Part shown: positions 36,501 to 44,632 of the stretch, one piece after another
Layout: each line of letters starts with the position of its first letter
How positions within the stretch are numbered: position 1 is the first letter of the stretch
Virus record (IMG/VR): IMGVR_UViG_2844540631_000002
Span: 1-64,000 of that record
From: a virus
Lineage: Duplodnaviria > Caudoviricetes
Strand: one strand, 5' to 3'
DNA: 64,000 nucleotides
Made by a program: the position numbers and the translations under genes
The notes under the pieces: generated by a model
Seen by the model: only the letters and a program-made list of their open reading frames with translations
What the model was told of the DNA's origin: nothing
Databases searched by the model: none

Positions 36501-37239
36501 GGAGGGCAAGGAGGAAGCCCAGCTGGTGAAGGACATGGAGCTGCTCCAGAAGCAGCTCAACCCGCTGGAGGAGGTGCGGAAGCGCGTCGAGATGTTGAAC
36601 AAGCTGTTGCAGGACGAGCGGGTCTCCCTGGAGGCGTACCAGAAGGAGATGGTGCGGCTGCACAGTCAGATGAGCGACGGCTTCGCCATTGCCCAGGACG
36701 CGGTGTCGTTCGCCGCCCAGCATATGGAAGACGCCATCACCACCTTCGCCACCTCCACGCAGTTCACCTGGCGCGGCATGGTGGATGGCATGCTCAAGGA
36801 CTTGTCGCGGCTCCTGGCCCACAAGGCATTCGTGGCCCTCGTGGACATCGGCACCACGGCCCTCTTGGGCGGGGTGACGGGAGCGAGTCTCACGGGGGGC
36901 GGGGGAAGTACTGGGCTGCCCGATTTCGACGTTGCCGCCCCCTCGCTAATGAAGGCATCCGCCCCTCTGCCGGGTGGTGCCGCGAAGCTGATGGTGCCGC
37001 CGGTGCCGAGCGCGCCCGCGGCGGGCAGCGACGCGCTCCCGGCCGGAGCCGTGCCGCCCATCAACGTGAGCGTGCATGTGCACCAGGACGGCTCGGTGTC
37101 CACGGACGTCCAGGCGCCTGGCGCGAGGGAGGACTCGCGACGCCTGGGCCAGCACCTGGGCGGGGCTGTCCGCAAGGTGATGCTGGAGGAGATGCGGCCC
37201 GGAGGCTTCGTCTACGAATTCGTCAACCGGAGGAGATAG
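33550..37239 (+). CDS. Tail tape measure protein (TP901-type core), 1229 aa
   Basis: LATLSVRID N-terminus, Ala-rich helical repeats, TP901 core ALYEILSAG...LAPIASQTGVS; C-terminal RPGG. Confidence 0.93.
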   Translation: MSNGSDLATLSVRIDTSDAKAGVESLTKFERAAEKTETATKKTETATELYAKSLERMVKEVNETNQALARMRTVSKDLEMMGEAATALQGAFKDTSGLERFHTRLGALDTATGRLQASFADTSAVTRFMGELSKATMNLSKMQTEHTRAAGAVQEMKRAVEDTEKPVNRLSQGLGGLLTKVAGFAALSAALRSATSEALAFNTSMAQISTLLEGDQLQMMDTLSKQAKALGAEFGRVPTEQAKALYEILSAGASDAAQATELLRVANKLAIGGVTEVGVAADGLTSVMASYGAQIRDATVAADAMFVSAADGKTSIEQIARHIGKLAPIASQTGVSLQELLAANAALTKAGIKTETAMEGLRSILAQVAKPSNEARDLARALGIEFTTAGLKAKGFAGFLADIKARTGGSVDQLAMLVGGVEALLPAMTLSGTGAADFANSLRNMETAAGRTETAFLRMADTPQMKLDQLRAKFVALQSEVGDGILAELDPVMDSLLQNFDDAATAVGYLAQGMAILTAMKAASWAQEWTKGLLDKAAAVNRNKEAVAKAALAEAGYVRAWGATREGALRAALATLEQRQATLQSAAALEGPFTVAHTRAAMASNALAQAKVREAIAVAEASVAARAGAAALSALGGPIGVVTMALGIAVSAFFEFGRAADEAREKARHFAQESGASANKGSQIVIDLVEQTKALQDQTRAMDAFTIAKGRMAALGGKYQDRLTEEVDTIQELAAAYEAVARIELADAEKEISRLTEAVKKKQNDIMTVNWTFGFADKKNFAEARLDSRFKDQIEERLVPLEKDLAAQQQRAAEIKESLAKMSEAVANASKKEAVAAMALTQEHKVAAEAAQKSGKEILDELKAREQAAERAEEWVLRLEEEARGAGHSREAAMRLTDQYLKLTEAQKKRADEALSTIETSKAAAKADEERKRIIEELNRELGDSGAAKYAQAQGVLAESFARGQLSLKSYVDQLAKARTLWTKEGKEEAQLVKDMELLQKQLNPLEEVRKRVEMLNKLLQDERVSLEAYQKEMVRLHSQMSDGFAIAQDAVSFAAQHMEDAITTFATSTQFTWRGMVDGMLKDLSRLLAHKAFVALVDIGTTALLGGVTGASLTGGGGSTGLPDFDVAAPSLMKASAPLPGGAAKLMVPPVPSAPAAGSDALPAGAVPPINVSVHVHQDGSVSTDVQAPGAREDSRRLGQHLGGAVRKVMLEEMRPGGFVYEFVNRRR

Positions 37240-37286
37240 CTTCGCAGCCGTGCGCCGATGGGCGGAGTTGAAGTCGGGAGAAATGA

Positions 37287-37694
37287 CTAGTCGCCATTTT
37301 GGTCCTTCTTCCAAGCGTCGAAGAAAGCCCGGACATTAACGGATTGTGCCTGAATGGCCTGCATTAAGTCGAATGTCCCGCTAACCTGATGGAAAACATA
37401 TTCGGCATCATTGCTGTATTGTGACAACAGTGCAACGTCAATTCTTGATGTGGTGTACCATTCGTCAGTTTCGCCGAGATAGTCTCGATATGTAATTTCG
37501 TAAACGCCGATTCTCCAGGTTTTGAAATTTGTAGTATAGATACAGGGAGGGGGGATGAGGCTTTTCGTGCCAATTGAGTCCGGGACCTTGCCTCTCGTCC
37601 AAACGAGCTTCCCAGACAGCGTTTCGCGCGTCATGTCGGAAATGAATCGTACCGTCTCTGCTTCGGTCATTAGAGCTTTCCTCCTGCTTTCCAA
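37287..37694 (-). CDS. AT-rich hypothetical protein (moron, gene 2)
   Basis: 135 aa ORF in a low-GC island, overlapping the upstream TM gene. Confidence 0.75.
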   Translation of the reverse strand: MESRRKALMTEAETVRFISDMTRETLSGKLVWTRGKVPDSIGTKSLIPPPCIYTTNFKTWRIGVYEITYRDYLGETDEWYTTSRIDVALLSQYSNDAEYVFHQVSGTFDLMQAIQAQSVNVRAFFDAWKKDQNGD

Positions 37695-38257
37695 TCTTGC
37701 TCAAGGTTCTTCAAGTGAGTGGTTAGTTCGAGAGTTAGCACATGTAGTTCGTTGAAATATCCCTTGGATACAACCTCCTCCTTTTGTTGGATTTTCCTTA
37801 GGAGTATGTCCGCCGGTGTTTTTTGGTCGCCTGATAATTTCGCCATTGCACTCTGTGCGCTCATTTTTATTTGAGACATAACGAGGAGTGCGTCGATTTC
37901 GGCGGCTGGAAGATCCTGGGTCAGCCTGATGAGTTTGGACGCGTGTTCCTCAAGGTCCTTCCTGATTTTTGGTATTCTCTTAATCTTTAATAGGGATGTT
38001 TCGACGGAGTTTACCTTTGAGAGAGTTACGAACGTGACGACTATCGATAGAATCCCTAGTGCCAGTCCTCCTATGTCTGCGGTTTTGGCGAGAGTTGCCC
38101 AGCAGTCGTTGCTAGCGTCTGTGATTTCGGTTGCGGACGTGCGGTTTAGGTTCGAAACAGACGTCGACGTTGCTGTGCTTGTATCTGTGGATGATGGTCG
38201 GAGTAGGACGGTTTCCTTGGTGGTTGGTGCTGTGGTGTGAGTGTGTTGTGGTGGCAT
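37670..38257 (-). CDS. AT-rich single-pass membrane protein (moron, gene 1); start uncertain
   Basis: Thr/Ser-rich N-terminus, TM GGLALGILSIVVTFVTL, helical cytoplasmic C-terminus. Confidence 0.6.
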   Translation of the reverse strand: MPPQHTHTTAPTTKETVLLRPSSTDTSTATSTSVSNLNRTSATEITDASNDCWATLAKTADIGGLALGILSIVVTFVTLSKVNSVETSLLKIKRIPKIRKDLEEHASKLIRLTQDLPAAEIDALLVMSQIKMSAQSAMAKLSGDQKTPADILLRKIQQKEEVVSKGYFNELHVLTLELTTHLKNLEQDWKAGGKL

Positions 38258-39019
38258 TGTTTGCGGGGCGTTGAGCGCGGGGGGGGAGGCATCGTTTGAT
38301 GTTTGGGATATTGGGTGGGTGCAAGGGAGTTGTTGTCCTCCTGCGTGTGTCCATGTGTGGTCCGTCGGCGAGAATGGCCGTATTCGTCCCTTCGTAGTTG
38401 AAGACTTAAGCCAGTATACCGGACCACGGCCAATCCGAAGTTCGCGATTTTCGCTCTGTCGGCGTTGTGGTGGTTTGCGGGAGGGGCAGCGGATAAGGGG
38501 CTTAGGGCTTCCGATTCGAGTAGCGTTTGGTGCGTCGCGTTGGTTTGATGCATCGCTCCGCCGTGGGTTGTCAGTCTTGGTCATATATGACCCATGTCGA
38601 GCTATGGATGTTCGCTCTGTGTCGCATTGGAGGTGCGGAGGCCGGCACGCCTCCTGCTCTGCGACACCGCATCGAACCGGGCTCGCGTGGGGCTTCACCG
38701 GCGCGGCTTCGGCCCTCGGACGCCCAGTACCCGCCTTCCTTCGCTTCCCCGTTCCGGTGCTCGCTGCCGTGACTTTCCTGCATTGTGGTCCCACGGAGGA
38801 GGGCGACGGTCGCCTACCGCCGACCTTCTCGCGAGACGGGGGCTCCATGGGGGAAGGGGGCGGGACGCCTCCGGCGGACTCCGGTCGCACGTGTACACTG
38901 CGGAGCTCGGGCAAGTCCTGGGGGCCGGACGGCTGCGGCGGGATGTGCGGCTTCTTCCCGGCCAACTCTACATGCAACGCGGATGGGGCAAGCTACGGCT
39001 GTGCCGCTATGCTCAGAAG

Positions 39020-39748
39020 ATGAACTGGGAACGATACGAACAGGTAATCGTGGAAAAATTTCGACGCGATTATCCCGGTCCACACTTTCGGGTGGAGCCG
39101 TCTGGCGATCAGAAGCACAAGATCATGGGGTACAAGTCCGGAAAGCCGCGTCAGGTTGATGTTGCTGTTTTCAGGAGAGGGATGTGTGAACCATTCCTGG
39201 TGGTTGATGCAAAGTGCTGGAAATCTGCTTTGGATGTTAAGGATATTGAGTCGTTCATTGGCCTCGTGTCGGATGTGGGTGCCGAGGCCGGTGTTCTTGT
39301 TGCGAGTTCCGGTTTTTCAAAGGCGTCTCTGCGTCGGGTGGAAGAGCTTGGCATAACGCTGCAAGTCGTCGGAACGGATGAGGCGCTGGAGTGGGACTGG
39401 TTGGGAGTGGGGCGAAGAATCTATTCGAGTGATTGGGCATTTCATCGGGAGCTGGGACGCGCGCTTCGCTTGCTTGAGGACGGTGCGCACGCGGAAGTTG
39501 TTGCTGAGGTCTTGGAAAATGTTGGTTTTGATGAATGGGAGAATGCAGCCGGCTATGCAATAGATCGCCATAGAGATGAGGCGCTCATATTCTTGGAGTG
39601 GGTGGCGACACGCCATGACGACGCTGGGTGGCGATTCAATGCTGCTCGTCGCTTGGCGGAGAAGGGCTGCCTGTCGGACGTGATCCGAAGTCGAGCTGTG
39701 GCGCTTGAGGTAGATTCTGCTGCCCGAAAAGAGCTTGAGGAGATGTAA
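39020..39748 (+). CDS. Mrr-like (Mrr_cat) restriction endonuclease domain protein
   Basis: RQVDVAV...VVDAKCWK..LDVKDIESF...GVLVASSGFS; start at ATG 39020; lower GC. Confidence 0.8.
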   Translation: MNWERYEQVIVEKFRRDYPGPHFRVEPSGDQKHKIMGYKSGKPRQVDVAVFRRGMCEPFLVVDAKCWKSALDVKDIESFIGLVSDVGAEAGVLVASSGFSKASLRRVEELGITLQVVGTDEALEWDWLGVGRRIYSSDWAFHRELGRALRLLEDGAHAEVVAEVLENVGFDEWENAAGYAIDRHRDEALIFLEWVATRHDDAGWRFNAARRLAEKGCLSDVIRSRAVALEVDSAARKELEEM

Positions 39749-39828
39749 GTCGAGGCACATTGAAAGTGCCGACGGAGTCGACATCGCTGGTGCAGGACTC
39801 AGTCCACGCGCGCAGTGACAATTCCGCC

Positions 39829-40419
39829 ATGGAGCGATTCCCCTTCAAACCAAGCTGGGGTGCCCAGCTTGAGAGCCAGCCGCGGGTGAGGAAGGCCCAG
39901 TTCGGCGACGGCTACTCCCAGCGCTCGGAGGACGGGGCCCGTGGACTCCTCCAGCGCTGGTCCCTCCAGTTCACCGCGCGCCGGAAGTCCGAGGCGGACG
40001 CGCTTGACGCCTTCCTTCGAACTCACCGGGGCGTAGCGGCCTTCGAGTTCGTGGTGCCGGACAGCGCATGGGCCGTCACCGGCCAGGTGTTCGGCACCGG
40101 GGATGGCGCGCGGACGCAGTTCTCCTTGCTGCGCCCCCTTGCCCCGGACGCGACGGTGGGCGAGTTGGTGCCCGCCGTGGGGTGGGAGGCTGCGCCGCTC
40201 CTTTACCGCGACGGGGTGTTGCTGACGGTGGGGGCCGACTGCTCGCTGGCGCCCTCGGGGCTCGTCACGTTCGCGGTTGCGCCGTCCGCAGGCGCCCAGC
40301 TCACCTTCACTGCGGCCGGCGCCCAGGAGCTGCGCGTCGTCTGTGAGCGGTGGACGAGCACGCTGAAGGGCTTCAACGCCTACGACGTATCCGCCGAGTT
40401 TGATGAGGTGGCGGTGTGA
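39829..40419 (+). CDS. Minor tail protein M-like (distal tail) with inserted beta-sandwich domain
   Basis: PRVRKAQFGDGYSQR...W.L.F...DAFLRTHRG..AFEF; insertion FGTGDGARTQF...YRDGV...GLVTFAVAP. Confidence 0.85.
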   Translation: MERFPFKPSWGAQLESQPRVRKAQFGDGYSQRSEDGARGLLQRWSLQFTARRKSEADALDAFLRTHRGVAAFEFVVPDSAWAVTGQVFGTGDGARTQFSLLRPLAPDATVGELVPAVGWEAAPLLYRDGVLLTVGADCSLAPSGLVTFAVAPSAGAQLTFTAAGAQELRVVCERWTSTLKGFNAYDVSAEFDEVAV

Positions 40420-40436
40420 GCGTAGCTGCCCACGAT

Positions 40437-41603
40437 CTATGGCCCCGAGTCGGTTTCGCTTGGTGAAGGAGGAGGAGGGCCACTGCATGGCAGTGGGACA
40501 GTGAGTTCGGCTTGCCAGCGCTCGCGCGTTGCCGCCCACCTCAGTGTAACTTGTACCCTGATTTCGCGTGTCACCCAGTCCAGATTCAGCACAAGAACTG
40601 ACTCGACTCGTTCGACGAACCCAAGCTGGGCCTCCATTGTCTCCGTTCTTTCGCGTGCGGAGTGCATGTAGTTGATGGTCCGCACGGGTATGTTTACAAG
40701 TCGGGCCATGTCGAGAAGTAGCAAGCGCCCAAGCAGGACGAGGTCATCCCGATGGGCTTCTGCCAAATCTCGCCATCTTGAACCCCAGTCAGGGTGAAAC
40801 GTCGATGATTGGTATGGTTCTGACAGTATCGCCCAAATTCTCTGTTTGGCGTGGTCAAGCCCCTCGACGAGCGCAAGGTCACCATTCTCGACCACTAGAT
40901 CTCCATCGAGTAGTGCGAGATCGATGCCCAATTCTCGTGGGTCCGCTCGCTCATGCCGAGGAAGAACTGGAAGCACCACAACCATCCCCGAGCCGCGTGT
41001 ATCGGTTTTGTATTCCCACTCAGGTGTGCCGGTCAGCAGCCTCCCGTCCCCTTGCGACTCAACGGTGACGAAGCGCACATCGCCGGTGCCGCCTTCTATG
41101 AAATTTCGGAGCGCGGAATCATCACCAAGGATAAATCGCTTGATGCCAAACCTCCACCTGTCAATGCTCCCGCCAAGCCAGATGGCACTTACGACGATGT
41201 TGAAGCCGAAGGCTACGAGGGTCGTGGGCTCAAGTAGGGAATCGACTCCCGGCCCGACTAAGGACTCGTGTGCATCGCGCTCAGCCAGTGCTCTCCACTG
41301 TCGAAGGGTTTCGGCTGAATAGTTTAGGTGGTCTTTGTCAATGATGTCAGCGCAGTTGCTGCAGAGCCAAATGCCATTGCCGATGTTGATCCTTTGGTCT
41401 TTCGTGAGGCTGCTGTCGTAGCGGGGGCCATTTGGGGCTGCCGCAGTGATGTGGGCTGCTTCGCCAGCAGTAACAAATCCCAGGTTGTCGCCATTCTTAG
41501 GTCCAATTGTAGGCCGGCGACATTGGGGCGCAGAGCATCGCCAAGCCACTCTTGATGCAAGAGCACGTATTGTCGTCGATGAAAATTCGTCTCGAGCCGC
41601 CAT
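40437..41603 (-). CDS. HNH-type nuclease domain fused to a C-terminal gp25/DUF2634 baseplate-wedge-like domain
   Basis: N-term RDEFS...LASRVAWRCS.P.C...GEAAHI.AA...GPRYD...NGIWLCSNC..IIDKD; C-term DLALLDGDL...GDLALVEGLDHAKQRI...FHPDWGS; SD GGAGG before ATG 41603. Confidence 0.7.
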   Translation of the reverse strand: MAARDEFSSTTIRALASRVAWRCSAPQCRRPTIGPKNGDNLGFVTAGEAAHITAAAPNGPRYDSSLTKDQRINIGNGIWLCSNCADIIDKDHLNYSAETLRQWRALAERDAHESLVGPGVDSLLEPTTLVAFGFNIVVSAIWLGGSIDRWRFGIKRFILGDDSALRNFIEGGTGDVRFVTVESQGDGRLLTGTPEWEYKTDTRGSGMVVVLPVLPRHERADPRELGIDLALLDGDLVVENGDLALVEGLDHAKQRIWAILSEPYQSSTFHPDWGSRWRDLAEAHRDDLVLLGRLLLLDMARLVNIPVRTINYMHSARERTETMEAQLGFVERVESVLVLNLDWVTREIRVQVTLRWAATRERWQAELTVPLPCSGPPPPSPSETDSGP

Positions 41604-41806
41604 CGTTCGCCGTCCTCCACTGAGTATGGTAGCGTACCGCATCGCTAGGCCAATGCCGTCGCTTAATGCAGGAACACCCCTTCGGACGGTGTCCTCCGCG
41701 TATGTGAAGACGGAGGCATGCTCTGCCGTCTATCTGTTCTTGTCGCGCGGTACCTCGCCTACGTCCTGCCCATGGTCGTCCACCTCACGTGCGAAGTAGC
41801 TGGCCT

Positions 41807-42502
41807 GTGAGCATCGCCGAGGACCTTCAGAAGCTGGAGCCGGGCGCCCTCGTGGAGCTCTTCGTGCTGGATGCCACGGCGCTGCCCGGCGGCGGCATCA
41901 GCTACTTCCACGCGGGCACCAACGGACTGGGCGGGCCGGTGGTGTGGCAGGGCGCGGAGTACCAGCCCTGGCCCGTGGAGGCGCGGGGCTTCGAGAAATC
42001 CGGCACGGGGCGCCTGCCTCGGCCCACGCTTACCATGGCCAACGTGGCGGGCACCATCGGCGCCCTGGCCCGGGACTTCAACGACTTGCTGGGCGCGCGC
42101 GTCCTGCGCAAGCGCACCTTCGCGCGCTACCTCGACGCGGTGAACTTCCCCGGCGGCGTCAACCCCACCGCCAGCCCGGTGGAGGCATTCCCCGATGACG
42201 AGTTCGTGGTGGACCAGAAGACGTCCGAGTCGAAGCACTTCATTGAGTTCGCGCTCGCGGCGCGGTGTGACTTGGACGGCATCCGCATCCCGCTGCGCGT
42301 CATCACGCAGATGTGCGGGTGGGAGTACCGGAAGGAGGGGTGTGGGTACGCGGGCCCGCCTGTGGCGAAGGTGGACGACAGCCCGACGACGTCGCCAGCG
42401 GAGGACAGGTGCGGGAAGCGGCTGGGGAGCTGCACGCTGCGCTTCGGGGAGACGGGAGTGTTACCGTTCGGGGGCTTTCCTGGCTGTGGACTTCTCAGGT
42501 AG
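41807..42502 (+). CDS. Minor tail protein L-like
   Basis: VELFVLD...WQGAEYQPWP.EARGFE...RPTLT.AN...C.W.YR...CGY.G...D.CGKRL..C.LRFG...FGGFPG. Confidence 0.92.
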   Translation: MSIAEDLQKLEPGALVELFVLDATALPGGGISYFHAGTNGLGGPVVWQGAEYQPWPVEARGFEKSGTGRLPRPTLTMANVAGTIGALARDFNDLLGARVLRKRTFARYLDAVNFPGGVNPTASPVEAFPDDEFVVDQKTSESKHFIEFALAARCDLDGIRIPLRVITQMCGWEYRKEGCGYAGPPVAKVDDSPTTSPAEDRCGKRLGSCTLRFGETGVLPFGGFPGCGLLR

Positions 42503-42517
42503 CGAAGGAGGAATGAG

Positions 42518-43138
42518 GTGCCTTGCAAGCTTGACCTCACGGGCCAGACATTCGGACGCCTCACGGTGCTGGAAGAGGCTCCGAAGAAGGGGAAAGAGTC
42601 GGCTTGGCGGTGTCGCTGTGTCTGCGGCACCGAGACGATTGTGGCGGTCGGCAAGTTGAGGGGTGGCACTACCGCATCGTGTGGATGCATCCGTCAGGAG
42701 CGACTCGCCGAGCGGAATCGCACGCACGGCTTGACGGGGACTCCGACACATCGGAGTTGGAAGGCGATGTTGTCGCGATGCACGAACCCCAAATATCCTG
42801 GGTTCCAGAAGTACGGGGCCCGCGGCATCACCGTCTGTTCGCGTTGGCGCTCATTCGAGAACTTCCTTGTGGACATGGGGGAGCGTCCACCCGGGAAGAC
42901 GCTCGACCGCATCGACAACAACGGCCCTTACTCGCCAGAGAACTGTCGCTGGGCGAGTCTCCGAGAACAGAGTCTGAACAAGCGTTCCAACCGACGCATC
43001 ACCATGGATGGGATGACGTTGACCCTTTTGGAGTGGTGCGAGCGCCTCAATCGAAAGCGGGCAACGGTCTATGACCGACTCCGGCTGGGATGGTCCATTG
43101 AGCGGGCCCTGACTGAGCCGGTGAGTGGCGGCAGTTGA
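42518..43138 (+). CDS. Phage HNH homing-endonuclease-like protein
   Basis: [12 protein letters not shown]...WRCRCVCG...SCGC...[18 protein letters not shown]...[17 protein letters not shown]. Confidence 0.88.
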   Translation: MPCKLDLTGQTFGRLTVLEEAPKKGKESAWRCRCVCGTETIVAVGKLRGGTTASCGCIRQERLAERNRTHGLTGTPTHRSWKAMLSRCTNPKYPGFQKYGARGITVCSRWRSFENFLVDMGERPPGKTLDRIDNNGPYSPENCRWASLREQSLNKRSNRRITMDGMTLTLLEWCERLNRKRATVYDRLRLGWSIERALTEPVSGGS

Positions 43139-43191
43139 TGGTGCTGCCGTGCACCAATCCAGCCGTGAGAGCGAGGCAGGTGCCCGATTGC

Positions 43192-43980
43192 TTAGGTGGC
43201 ACTCGCCGCTTTTGCCGCCATGGCCGATGGCGATGAAGGCTGGATCGCAATGTTGCGCACTTCATAGGTAATACCTTGTTGAGATGGAATCGTTGGAGTG
43301 GGAATCAAGAAGTCCGTGGATACGAGCACTAGATATCGATACGTAGCTAGTTCGAAGCCGGCGAGTGTCTCCCCAGAGTATCTCTCGGCCTGGACATGTG
43401 CTTCCCTTGCCTTTTTAATGGGAGCATCGCCCGCGCGTACGACTTTCCACTCGGTAAGGACCATTGCGTCAGCTACTTGTGCGGCTTCACGTTCGATTAG
43501 GGCCTGCCCCAAGACGAGGTCGGTCTTGCCGCCTGTTGAGTTTGCCTTGAATGCCCAGATGCTGTGAAGAAGCATGTGAACAGCCCCGAGCTTCTCGCAC
43601 GCTTCTTCAGCGCGGGCTTCCTGAAGCGCGCGCATCCACTTCGTCTGGATATCGACGTCAGCAACAAGGCTTCGTTGTAGGTGTGTAAACGCGCGATCTA
43701 CTGCCCGGCGCGCCCGTGCATTCTTGTCAGTCAAGAAATAGTCAACTTGCGCACGAACGGTGCTGAGGCGACATGCCATATGAAATACGCCCTCCGCGCT
43801 TGTTGAGCCGGAGCCTTGGAACTCCATGTCTGCATCAGCCGCGCAGATGAAGTTGTCGAGAGCTTCCTGGGCGCCCGGGTGCAGGTGAGATTTGAATTGT
43901 GTGTTGAACTGCTTTAGGAGTGCGTATAGGTCTCTGAGTTCATGTTTCGCAGTTTTGTTGAGCGTAGCTGTGCTCGACAT
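43192..43980 (-). CDS. Hypothetical protein with C-terminal PD-(D/E)xK-like nuclease motif (moron)
   Basis: KTDLV...LTEWK...QAERY; lower GC, antisense. Confidence 0.65.
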   Translation of the reverse strand: MSSTATLNKTAKHELRDLYALLKQFNTQFKSHLHPGAQEALDNFICAADADMEFQGSGSTSAEGVFHMACRLSTVRAQVDYFLTDKNARARRAVDRAFTHLQRSLVADVDIQTKWMRALQEARAEEACEKLGAVHMLLHSIWAFKANSTGGKTDLVLGQALIEREAAQVADAMVLTEWKVVRAGDAPIKKAREAHVQAERYSGETLAGFELATYRYLVLVSTDFLIPTPTIPSQQGITYEVRNIAIQPSSPSAMAAKAASAT

Positions 43981-44181
43981 GAGCGCCGAACCGTTCGCGA
44001 AGAAGCGTAGTAGATCCAGTGTGGCGGACAGGCGAGCTGACCATGACTTCCATTCATCATTCCAAATCAGATGCGGCCTCGCTGAGTTGTCTGCTTTAGC
44101 TGTTTAGTCGGAGTTTCGGCCAGGGCGTTTGTTCTGAGAACGAGCAAGCGGACCTGCGTGGGCTTGCTCCGGTGAGCGCGC

Positions 44182-44526
44182 TCAGGCGGCAGGCACGTGG
44201 ACGCCCTGGATGGGAGCTTCTGCCGGGTGGCTCGCCTTCAAGTAGCGGATGTACCAGAGCGCGGCGCCGACGATGAAGCGCTCGGTGGGCATGCCCAGGT
44301 GATGCGCCGTGGACACCGCCGTTGCGTACTCAGCCTCGCCCATCTCCGTCTTCATCGTCATGGAGAGGGGCTTGATCGCGGCGGTGCGGGCGGCAACAGG
44401 CAGGCCCCCACAGTCCACCGAGGCGTGCTCGATCAAGCGGGCGGGCGTGAGCCCCGTCAGGCTCGCGGCGGCCAGGATGGCGGCGGCCTCCTCGGGCATG
44501 GCTGGCAGGGAGAGAGACACAGGCAT
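44182..44526 (-). CDS. Small hypothetical protein (possible tandem RHH-like regulator)
   Basis: Two similar halves (AAASLTGLTPARLIEHA / STAHHLGMPTERFIVGA); start at ATG 44526 inferred. Confidence 0.5.
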   Translation of the reverse strand: MPVSLSLPAMPEEAAAILAAASLTGLTPARLIEHASVDCGGLPVAARTAAIKPLSMTMKTEMGEAEYATAVSTAHHLGMPTERFIVGAALWYIRYLKASHPAEAPIQGVHVPAA

Positions 44527-44632
44527 GAGGTAGTCCTTTCCGGAGTGGAAGCAGGGAGCCTCGGCGCCGCGAGAGAATCGGTCAAGGTTTGACGGTGCGG
44601 AAGCAGTCCACCCTGGCCAGCAGAGTTGGGGG

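Noticed and set aside
38258-39019. Long upstream extensions of ORFs 37670-38977 (-) and 38594-39748 (+)
   Set aside because: Low-complexity, motif-free translations; more likely intergenic or degraded sequence
41650-41800. Short protein-like reading (YFAREVDDHGQDVGEVPRDKNR) on the minus strand upstream of the HNH-gp25 gene
   Set aside because: No start codon or RBS; at most a gene remnant
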